Origin: a bacterium BMS3Bbin03
GTDB taxonomy: Bacteria > Zhuqueibacterota > JdFR-76 > BMS3Abin05
Assembly: GCA_002898015.1 (NCBI GenBank)
Contig: BDTM01000128.1
Location: forward strand, 138,418 to 202,417
Direction: 5' to 3'
DNA: 64,000 bases
Shown piece by piece: positions 57,148-64,000 of the stretch. A program made the translations under genes and the position numbers. Position 1 is the stretch's first letter, and each line of letters starts with the position of its first letter. The notes beneath the pieces are model-generated. The model saw only the letters and a program-made list of their open reading frames with translations. It made no database searches and was not told the origin of the DNA.

Positions 57148-58344
57148 GTGATCACGGCAGGCAAAAAGGGACAGCATTTTCATACGGCTACAACGGAAGA
57201 GATAAAATCCGGGCAGGTGGTCGATGTTTACTTTTCCAGAACAAAGGCAATTCTGGAAGCAGAGAGGAAAGACAGGCATGTTGTGGCGGAGTTTGTGGTG
57301 AAGCGCTTTCCGGAGGGCCGTTCCTGGGGGGTTCTGGCCGGATTGGAAGAAGGGGTCTATCTGCTCCGGGATTTGAACATCAAAGTCTGGGCGATGGATG
57401 AAGGCACAATTTTTCATGAGAATGAACCGGTTTTGGTCATCGAGGGCAATTACCTTGATTTTGGTGTTTACGAAACGGCCATTCTGGGGTTGTTGTGTCA
57501 GGCTTCGGGTGTGGCCACAAAAGCGGCACGCTGTAAAAAGGCCGCCGGCGATAAAATTGTGCTGAGTTTCGGTGCGAGAAGAATGCACCCCGTGCTGGCA
57601 CCAATGATCGAGCGGAATGCCTACATCGGCGGTTGTGACGGTGTGGCTGTGATTAAAAGCGCCGAGCTGCTGGGAATTCAGCCTGCCGGAACGATTCCGC
57701 ATACCCTCGTTTTGATTCTGGGCGATACGGTGGAGGCGGTGAAGGCCTTTGACCGGGTGATCGATCCGAAAATTGGCCGTGTGGCGTTGATTGACACCTT
57801 TAATGATGAAAAATTTGAAGCCATCCATGTGGCAGAGGCGATGGGGAGAAAATTGTACGGGATTCGCCTGGATACGCCCGGTTCGCGGCGGGGGAATTTT
57901 CTGAGCATTTTGAAAGAAGTACGCTGGGAGCTGGATTTGCGGGGCTACAAAGATGTGAAAATTTTTGTCTCCGGCGGAATCGATGAAAATAAGATCCCCG
58001 AATTGAATAGCGTGGTGGATGCTTATGGAATTGGGACCTCGATCAGCAGCGCCTCTGTGCTCGATTTTGCGATGGACATTGTGGAAATAGAAGGAGAACC
58101 CATTGCCAAGCGGGGGAAACCTTCGGGCCGAAAAGAAGTGTACCAATGCCCGAAATGCCGTGCGACGGTCATTGTGCCTTATGGCCGCAGGCCGGAGCCT
58201 GTTTGTGAGTGCGGGGCATCCTACAGGAATCTGTTGAAACCGATACTGGATCACAAAAAACTGCTCGTGGATTTGCCCGATCACAAAGATATCCGGGCCT
58301 ACGTGCTGGAACAGTTGGGATTTGTGGAATTAGCCCCAATTTAG
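57148..58344 (+). CDS. pncB: Nicotinate phosphoribosyltransferase (short archaeal-type)
   Basis: GTG start. TTEEIKSGQVVDVYFSRT, then the type II PRTase core GARRMH...GCDGVA, and a C-terminal Zn-ribbon-like CPKCR...CECG. Confidence 0.8.
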   Translation: MITAGKKGQHFHTATTEEIKSGQVVDVYFSRTKAILEAERKDRHVVAEFVVKRFPEGRSWGVLAGLEEGVYLLRDLNIKVWAMDEGTIFHENEPVLVIEGNYLDFGVYETAILGLLCQASGVATKAARCKKAAGDKIVLSFGARRMHPVLAPMIERNAYIGGCDGVAVIKSAELLGIQPAGTIPHTLVLILGDTVEAVKAFDRVIDPKIGRVALIDTFNDEKFEAIHVAEAMGRKLYGIRLDTPGSRRGNFLSILKEVRWELDLRGYKDVKIFVSGGIDENKIPELNSVVDAYGIGTSISSASVLDFAMDIVEIEGEPIAKRGKPSGRKEVYQCPKCRATVIVPYGRRPEPVCECGASYRNLLKPILDHKKLLVDLPDHKDIRAYVLEQLGFVELAPI

Positions 58345-58396
58345 GAGAATCCAACCGCTGAAAGACCTGATTTTATATTCCGTCAGCATCATCTTG

Positions 58397-59074
58397 ATGG
58401 CCTGGCTCGGCGGCGCCATTCCGCTGTTTTTTCGATGGCGGCCGTTGGTTATTCATCTGTTTATCAGCCTTGGCGCCGGAATCCTGCTGGGTGCCGCGTT
58501 TTTACACATGCTTCCGGATTCGGCTGAATATATCGGATCCAAATTAGGCCCGCCCGCCTTACTTGGATTTCTGCTGCTTTATATCCTCGAAAAGTTCATC
58601 CTGACTCATCCCTGCCCGTCCGATTATTGTGAATATCACCACGTGGGATTAATGGCATTTATCGGTTTATCGGTCCACAGTCTTATTACCGGCATGGCCC
58701 TGGGTGCCGGCATTTTGATTCCAAAATTGGGACTCGTCGTCTTTTTCGCCGTTGTTTTGCATAAACTGCCCGCTTCATTGTCTCTTTCCAGTTTACTCGT
58801 TAAGGAAAAATACAAAATCCAATCCATCGCCGTCATTATTCTGATTTTTTCGTTCATGATTCCGATCGGAGCTTTTTTAACCTATTTCTTTGCCAAGGGG
58901 ACAACCACCGTCACGCTCGGGTATCTAATTGCCTTTTCGTCGGGCACATTTTTCCACGTGGCCGCCGATGATTTGCTGCCGGAAGTGCACAGCCGGTTTG
59001 ACCACAGAAAAGAGAGTTTGGCCACTTTTCTTCTGGGCATATTGATCATGTGGCTTATTGCGGTATTGGAATAA
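58397..59074 (+). CDS. ZIP-family metal (Zn) transporter
   Basis: Eight predicted TM segments with the ZIP signature HSLITGMALG...HKLP. The start is uncertain (TTG 58394, ATG 58397, or an upstream non-canonical codon). Confidence 0.7.
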   Translation: MAWLGGAIPLFFRWRPLVIHLFISLGAGILLGAAFLHMLPDSAEYIGSKLGPPALLGFLLLYILEKFILTHPCPSDYCEYHHVGLMAFIGLSVHSLITGMALGAGILIPKLGLVVFFAVVLHKLPASLSLSSLLVKEKYKIQSIAVIILIFSFMIPIGAFLTYFFAKGTTTVTLGYLIAFSSGTFFHVAADDLLPEVHSRFDHRKESLATFLLGILIMWLIAVLE

Positions 59075-59077
59075 AAA

Positions 59078-59506
59078 ATGGTTCATAACGCTTCAAAAAT
59101 TCGCTTTTTCGACCACACGGGCGATATTGGAATGGAGGTGTTTGCACCGTCTCTGCCGGAAGTATTTAAAACGGCCGCGGCAGGGATGTTTTCCATTTTA
59201 ACGGAAAGCAGGACGATTCACCCCCGTCTCACAAAAACAATTTCTTTAAAAGCTGAAATAGCCGACGAGCTGTTAATTCTCTGGCTTAATCGCCTCCTTT
59301 TTCTGTTTGATACGGAAGGCTGGTTGTTTTCTCAATTCGAAATCACGCTTCCGAATGAAAAATCCCTTCAGGCCGTGGTTCGGGGGGAACATTTCGATCC
59401 GGAACGGCATGAAATATTGCGGGAAATAAAAGCCGCCACTTACCACCGTTTGACGTTGGAGAAACGGGAAAACACCTGGTACGCCCGGGTCATTTTTGAC
59501 CTTTAA
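59078..59506 (+). CDS. Archease (RtcB activator)
   Basis: FDHTGDIGMEVFAPSLPEVFKTAAAGMF is the archease family N-terminus; 142 aa. Directly upstream of rtcB. Confidence 0.8.
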   Translation: MVHNASKIRFFDHTGDIGMEVFAPSLPEVFKTAAAGMFSILTESRTIHPRLTKTISLKAEIADELLILWLNRLLFLFDTEGWLFSQFEITLPNEKSLQAVVRGEHFDPERHEILREIKAATYHRLTLEKRENTWYARVIFDL

Positions 59507-59527
59507 GCGCCGAAAGGAGGAATTTGC

Positions 59528-60970
59528 ATGGGAAGTGTACATTTTGAAAAAGTTGAGGACTACTTGTGGGAAATCCCCCGGGAGGGCCGTATGAGAGTGC
59601 CCGGAAGAATTTACGCTTCGGAAAAGATGATTCAAGACATTCAGTCGGATGAAAGCCCGAAGCAGGTGATGAATGTGGCGCATTTACCGGGAATTGTGAA
59701 ATACTCTCTTGCCATGCCGGACATCCACTGGGGGTACGGCTTTCCGATTGGCGGCGTCGCCGCATTTGATCCTGAGGAGGGAGTGATTTCTCCGGGCGGC
59801 GTGGGATACGACATCAACTGCGGTGTGCGTTTAATGCGCTCGAACCTTTACCGAAAAGATGTGGAAGCCGGAATCAAAGATTTAATCGCCGCGATTTTTG
59901 CCAAAGTGCCGTCCGGTGTGGGTTCCAAGGGGCCGCTGAAGCTGGGTGCCAACGATGAAAAGGCGGTTCTTTTAAAAGGCGCCCGCTGGGCGGTCGAAAA
60001 GGGCTTTGGAACCGCGAGCGATTTGGAGTTTATCGAAGAACACGGGCAGATGGCACACGCGGATCCTTCGGCGGTCAGCCCGGAAGCCTATGCCCGCGGG
60101 CGGGCGCAATTGGGGACCATCGGTTCGGGGAACCATTTTGTGGAAATAGACGTGGTGGATGCTATTTACGATGAAAAAGCCGCCGAAGCGTTTGGTCTTC
60201 AAAAGGACCGGATTGTCGTGATCATCCACACCGGGTCAAGGGGATTCGGCTACCAGATTTGCGATGAATACGTTCGAAAAATGCTGCGGGCGTCGGAAAA
60301 GTACGGCATCGAACTACCCGACAGGCAGTTGTGCAGCGCGCCGTTTCAGTCACCAGAAGGACAGGAATATTTCGGTGCGATGAATGCCGCTGTCAACTAC
60401 GCCTTTGCCAACCGGCAGGTGATTGCACATTGGGTGCGGGAAGCGTTTGAAATCGGATTAAAAAGGAGCCCCCGCGAGATTGGTCTGGAATTGGTTTACG
60501 AAGTGGCGCACAACATTGCCAAACTGGAAACGCATGTGGTGGACGGAAAAGAGCGTGAGCTGGTCGTGCATCGGAAAGGAGCCACCCGGGCGTTCGGCCC
60601 GGGCCATCCGGCCGTTCCGGTCGAATACCGGGAAGTCGGACAGCCGGTTTTGATTCCGGGCGACATGGGCCGGTATTCCTTTGTCCTGGTGGGCACCGAG
60701 AAGGCGATGGAAGAGACCTTTGGTTCTTCCTGCCACGGCGCAGGTCGGCGAATGAGTCGCCGCCAGGCAAAGAAGGCTGCCCGGGGGCGGGCCATTCACC
60801 GGGAATTGGAGGACCGCGGCATCTATTCCATGGCGGCCAGCCGGGCGACCATGGTTGAGGAAATCCCCGAAGCCTACAAGGATGTGGCGGATGTGGTGGA
60901 AGCCGTGGAAGGAGCCGGAATTGCCCGAAAAGTAGCAAAGCTCCTGCCAATCGGCGTGGTTAAGGGGTAA
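59528..60970 (+). CDS. rtcB: RNA-splicing ligase RtcB
   Basis: 480 aa with GYDINCGVRL, GSGNHF, IHTGSRGFG, and CHGAGR, the RtcB metal-binding and His-GMP blocks. Confidence 0.9.
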   Translation: MGSVHFEKVEDYLWEIPREGRMRVPGRIYASEKMIQDIQSDESPKQVMNVAHLPGIVKYSLAMPDIHWGYGFPIGGVAAFDPEEGVISPGGVGYDINCGVRLMRSNLYRKDVEAGIKDLIAAIFAKVPSGVGSKGPLKLGANDEKAVLLKGARWAVEKGFGTASDLEFIEEHGQMAHADPSAVSPEAYARGRAQLGTIGSGNHFVEIDVVDAIYDEKAAEAFGLQKDRIVVIIHTGSRGFGYQICDEYVRKMLRASEKYGIELPDRQLCSAPFQSPEGQEYFGAMNAAVNYAFANRQVIAHWVREAFEIGLKRSPREIGLELVYEVAHNIAKLETHVVDGKERELVVHRKGATRAFGPGHPAVPVEYREVGQPVLIPGDMGRYSFVLVGTEKAMEETFGSSCHGAGRRMSRRQAKKAARGRAIHRELEDRGIYSMAASRATMVEEIPEAYKDVADVVEAVEGAGIARKVAKLLPIGVVKG

Positions 60971-61002
60971 CGATTCCGGAATGTAACAAATATTATTTGA
61001 TG

Positions 61003-61107
61003 ATTCCTTGTTGGCTATTGTGTATTTGATATTCAGTTTATCTGATTTTAATTTTAAGATTTCATCTGTTCCTAAGTTGGGGTATTATTGAATATCCAAC
61101 AAGGAAT
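61003..61107. repeat. 12-bp perfect inverted repeat (ATTCCTTGTTGG ... CCAACAAGGAAT) flanking 81 bp of AT-rich DNA
   Basis: Read directly; the arms are at 61003-61014 and 61096-61107. Confidence 0.5.
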
Positions 61108-61220
61108 AATGAATTATGGAAAGAAAAAATAGGGATAACGATCAAACTGTTTGAAGCATTGCCTAAGCTCCGCCTGCGTCTGAGAGCTGCGTCTCAGGCC
61201 ATTGGCGTCCACCTAAGTAA

Positions 61221-61285
61221 GGGCGATGCATTCGGTGGCAAAATTGCTGCAAATGGACAAATCATTTCCTGCGAATGCATCGCCC
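61221..61285. repeat. 14-bp perfect inverted repeat forming a long hairpin (GGGCGATGCATTCG - 37 nt - CGAATGCATCGCCC), with an inner 4-bp mini-palindrome GCAAaaTTGC
   Basis: Read directly. It lies in the 700-bp non-coding gap between rtcB and ssb. Confidence 0.6.
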
Positions 61286-61483
61286 CAACAAATAGAATAA
61301 TAGCCCTGAAATACGATCCTGCAAAACCATTACCGCAGATCCATTCGATTAATGGAATTATTTTTATTGATACAACCCCATCACAATCCATTTCATATTT
61401 CCGGGGTTTTAACCCCGAATGATTGAATGAAATGGTTTTTCTTATTTGATTTTGTAAAACTCGTAACGGTAGAAATATTAATT

Positions 61484-61515
61484 TAATCCTCTAATCCTCT
61501 AATTCTTTAATCTTG
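61484..61515. repeat. Four tandem 8-mers TAATCCTC TAATCCTC TAATTCTT TAATCTTG
   Basis: Read directly. Iteron-like direct repeats 85 bp upstream of the ssb promoter. Confidence 0.4.
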
Positions 61516-61598
61516 TCATAATATTTAAGAAACAATAAACGGTTAGATCAAACTTGCACTGGCAGAGGCAAAAAAAAGTCAATCTTTAGAAAAAACAC

Positions 61599-61627
61599 TT
61601 GACATCTTTTAAAAAAATTGTTACAAT
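61599..61627 (+). promoter_or_regulatory. Consensus sigma70-type promoter TTGACA-17-TACAAT upstream of ssb
   Basis: Exact -35, a 17-nt spacer, and -10 TACAAT. ATG 61672 is preceded by a GAGGAGGGG RBS. Confidence 0.55.
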
Positions 61628-61671
61628 TGAGAAACGTTTATACCACCACAAACCCAAGAGGAGGGGATATC

Positions 61672-62088
61672 ATGGCAAATGGGATCAACAAAGTGATCTT
61701 GATCGGAAACCTTGGCAAGGACCCGGATTTGCGGTACACACCAAACGGAACGGCGGTTGCTTCTTTCAGCCTCGCCACAAATGAACGGTGGAAAGACAAG
61801 GAAGGAAATTATCAGGATCGAACGGAATGGCACCGTATTGTGGCCTGGAGCAAACTGGCCGAGACGGTTGGTGAATACCTGAAAAAGGGGAGTCAGGTTT
61901 TCATCGAAGGGAAAATTCGTTCTCGTACCTGGGAGGATCAAAACGGCGTGAAACGAACCACAACCGAAATCGTTGCCAACAATCTTGTGATGTTGGGCAG
62001 GCGTGAAGGCGTTTCATCAACCGATATGGCTGAACCCGCGGCTCCATCCGGCGATGAAATGACATCAACCGACGATTTACCGTTTTAA
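61672..62088 (+). CDS. ssb: Single-stranded DNA-binding protein
   Basis: [42 protein letters not shown]...TEWHRIVAW (OB fold) and the acidic C-terminal tip DDLPF. The ORF-track start at 61618 is an upstream in-frame extension lacking an RBS. Confidence 0.9.
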   Translation: MANGINKVILIGNLGKDPDLRYTPNGTAVASFSLATNERWKDKEGNYQDRTEWHRIVAWSKLAETVGEYLKKGSQVFIEGKIRSRTWEDQNGVKRTTTEIVANNLVMLGRREGVSSTDMAEPAAPSGDEMTSTDDLPF

Positions 62089-62117
62089 AGCGGCGGTGAT
62101 TCATTCGTGAAAGTTAT

Positions 62118-62153
62118 AAATCCGAGGTCTTTTTTAACCTCGGATTTTTTTTG
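62118..62153 (+). terminator. Rho-independent terminator after ssb
   Basis: AAATCCGAGGT-cttttttA-ACCTCGGATTT stem-loop followed by TTTTTTT. Confidence 0.75.
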
Positions 62154-62175
62154 TTCCCAATAAAATGAGGTGCTT

Positions 62176-62571
62176 ATGAAAGATGACGAATTGATTCGGA
62201 AAGCCTCCGAAGTTCAGACAACGGCTGTGGCTTCCTACTCGCACTTTAATGTGGGGGCGGCACTTCGAACAAAATCAGGCAAAATATACACGGGAATTAA
62301 TATTGAATCGAGCTCTTACAGTTTAACGATTTGTGCCGAAAGGGTGGCGCTTTTCAAAGCCCTTTCCGAAGGTGAGCGGGAATTTGATTCCATCGCGATT
62401 GTGACGGATTCTGTTGAATTGTGTCCTCCGTGCGGTGCCTGCCGGCAGGTTTTGTGGGACTTTGCCCCGGACATAAAGGTGATTTTAGCGAACAGGCATG
62501 GAAAGACAAAAGAGTACCTGCTGCGGAATTTGTTTCCGGCCGCTTTTGACCAGAATTATTTACAAGTCTGA
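62176..62571 (+). CDS. cdd: Cytidine deaminase
   Basis: CAERVALFKALSEGE and CPPCGACRQVL are the CDA zinc motifs. ATG 62176 has a GAGG RBS. The ORF-track start is GTG 62170. Confidence 0.85.
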   Translation: MKDDELIRKASEVQTTAVASYSHFNVGAALRTKSGKIYTGINIESSSYSLTICAERVALFKALSEGEREFDSIAIVTDSVELCPPCGACRQVLWDFAPDIKVILANRHGKTKEYLLRNLFPAAFDQNYLQV

Positions 62572-62577
62572 TGTTTA

Positions 62578-63237
62578 ATGCAAGAGATCAAGCCTGAGGA
62601 AATTGTGAAAAAAAGAATTTTAATCGGCATTGCCGGCGGTTCCGGTTCCGGCAAAACCCTAATCGCAAAAAATCTGTTTCGGGATTTGGGCACAGACCGG
62701 GTCATCATCATTCAGCAAGATGCGTATTACAAGGACCTCTCCCATCTTTCGTTTGAAGAGAGAGTCAAGCAGAATTTTGATCATCCGGACGCGATTGATT
62801 CCGAATTGCTGCTTCAGCAGTTGAACGGTTTGCTTGCAGGGGAAACCATTCAGCAGCCCATTTACGATTTTACCATCCACTCTCGAAAAAAGACAACCGA
62901 AACAATCGGCGGACACGACATTATCATTCTTGAGGGAATTTTAATCCTGGATAATCCGGAACTGCGGAACCTCATGGACATCAAGGTGTATGTGGACACC
63001 GACGCCGACATCCGGCTGATTCGCCGCTTAATTCGGGACACCAAAGAGCGCAACCGAAGCATGGAATCGGTCATCAAACAGTACAAAGAAAGTGTGCGGC
63101 CGATGCACCTGCAGTTTGTGGAGCCGTCAAAACGGTACGCCGACGTCATCATTCCCGAAGGCGGGATGAATTATGTGGCCGTCGATCTGCTCCGCACTAA
63201 AATTGAGGTGCTTTTAAAAGAATTGGATGAAGACTAA
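62578..63237 (+). CDS. udk: Uridine kinase
   Basis: ILIGIAGGSGSGKT (P-loop), DHPDA, and EGIL are the Udk blocks. It is adjacent to cdd (pyrimidine salvage pair). Confidence 0.9.
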   Translation: MQEIKPEEIVKKRILIGIAGGSGSGKTLIAKNLFRDLGTDRVIIIQQDAYYKDLSHLSFEERVKQNFDHPDAIDSELLLQQLNGLLAGETIQQPIYDFTIHSRKKTTETIGGHDIIILEGILILDNPELRNLMDIKVYVDTDADIRLIRRLIRDTKERNRSMESVIKQYKESVRPMHLQFVEPSKRYADVIIPEGGMNYVAVDLLRTKIEVLLKELDED

Positions 63238-63313
63238 ATAAACAGGCCCTCTCGGATCAAAATTGGCTTATGTTGTAATTTTTAAACACCCTCTTAAATT
63301 CTGCAAAAAAGTC

Positions 63314-63342
63314 TTGACAAATCAAAAATTGTGTCGTATATA
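63314..63342 (+). promoter_or_regulatory. Sigma70-type promoter TTGACA-17-TATATA upstream of dksA. It overlaps one copy of a duplicated AAAATTGTGTCG motif.
   Basis: Read directly. The motif copies are at 63325-63336 (in the spacer and -10) and at 63411-63422. Confidence 0.45.
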
Positions 63343-63502
63343 TTAAAATCCAAAATTTAAATGCCCCTTTTGCCTTTGCGATCATCGATTATTTGGGGTC
63401 AAGAAGTTCTAAAATTGTGTCGAATACTTTAGAAGAGATTTTTTAGTGAAATGGTCGGAGTCTAACCGGGGAATCCCAAAAGATCAAAATGAGGTAATGC
63501 AC

Positions 63503-63916
63503 ATGAATAAAAAACAACTTGAAAAATTTAAACGGCTTTTGCTGGAGCAGCAGCGGGAAATTCTGGGCAGCGCAGGAGCCAGTTCCGAAGATATCGATCA
63601 ATTACAGGGATCGCCTGCGGCCGACTGGGTCGACCGGGTTACGGTGGATAATGCGATTTCCTCATTGATTGCTCGCGAGAGCGAGCTTGCCAGAGAGTTG
63701 GATAACATCAGGGACGCATTGCTGAAAATCGAAAAAGACACCTACGGGATTTGCGAAGAATGTGGAAAAGAGATTAATCACGAGCGTCTTGAAGCCATTC
63801 CGACAGCCAGATTGTGTCGTGACTGCCAGCAGGAACAGGAAAAAAATTCCCAAAGAGAGACGGAATTTAGAGGGCGCAGCAATATACCGAAAGAAGTTTT
63901 CGACTGGTACGAATAA
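63503..63916 (+). CDS. dksA: DksA/TraR-family C4 zinc-finger transcription factor
   Basis: Coiled-coil N-terminus and CEECGKEI...ARLCRDC (four-Cys zinc finger). ATG 63503 has a GAGG RBS 8 nt upstream. Confidence 0.75.
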   Translation: MNKKQLEKFKRLLLEQQREILGSAGASSEDIDQLQGSPAADWVDRVTVDNAISSLIARESELARELDNIRDALLKIEKDTYGICEECGKEINHERLEAIPTARLCRDCQQEQEKNSQRETEFRGRSNIPKEVFDWYE

Positions 63917-64000
63917 TTTTAAAGACGGCGCCGACGCTATTTTTAGCGCGACAGTCTTCTCTTTCCGATAACGGCTTAAAATTTATCTCTTTCCTTTGCG

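Noticed and set aside
61159-61422. The 87-aa (+) and 65-aa (-) ORFs in the rtcB-ssb gap.
   Set aside because: Neither has an RBS. They span two perfect palindromes and a GC-clamped hairpin, and they mirror each other on opposite strands. The region is better explained as structured non-coding DNA.
60971-61671. Considered whether the AT-rich, repeat-containing gap next to ssb could be a replication origin.
   Set aside because: No DnaA-box-like 9-mers (TTATCCACA and close variants) were seen. dnaA and dnaN are not nearby. The TAATCYTY iterons are too few and too short to support an origin call.

Overview
This is a 64-kb bacterial chromosomal window (about 47% GC overall, with locally GC-rich genes) that is densely coding, almost entirely on the + strand. 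Promoters follow the sigma70 TTGACA-17-TATAAT pattern.

Housekeeping content: hrcA-grpE-dnaJ (hrcA is truncated at the left edge), rsmD-coaD, pta, aspC, icd, obg-dprA, gltX, tadA, ffs-dnaX-ybaB-recR, pgsA-pgpA-cinA-thpR-recA-recX-alaS, a GGGPS/PcrB homolog, an LPS-related trio (PHP tyrosine phosphatase, gmhA, O-antigen-ligase-like), a BatA-like VWA protein, hflX, an M20 amidohydrolase, a periplasmic propeller protein, pncB, a ZIP transporter, archease-rtcB, ssb, cdd-udk and dksA.

There are nine tRNA genes, including all four serine isoacceptors, and an unlisted SRP RNA.

The most unusual part is a roughly 20-kb surface/secretion/signalling locus:
- a TPR protein;
- a small secreted paralog of the giant protein's N-terminal domain;
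- a HicB-HicA toxin-antitoxin pair (hicA is absent from the ORF track);
- a 3793-aa multi-repeat surface protein with a T9SS-type C-terminal sorting domain (NYPNPF);
- an immediately adjacent PorV/PorQ-like beta-barrel fused to a TPR domain;
- a 1243-aa single-polypeptide partner-switching protein (RsbW-like kinase, two TM helices, HAMP, PP2C phosphatase, transposase-like HTH pair, a 300-aa acidic disordered region, TPR);
- a STAS anti-sigma antagonist.

A ComEA, prepilin-like, PilM-like and PilN-like cluster sits near the 5' end. A 700-bp structured non-coding region lies between rtcB and ssb.

The T9SS-type sorting domain and PorV-like protein suggest an FCB-superphylum-related lineage; this is inference only.
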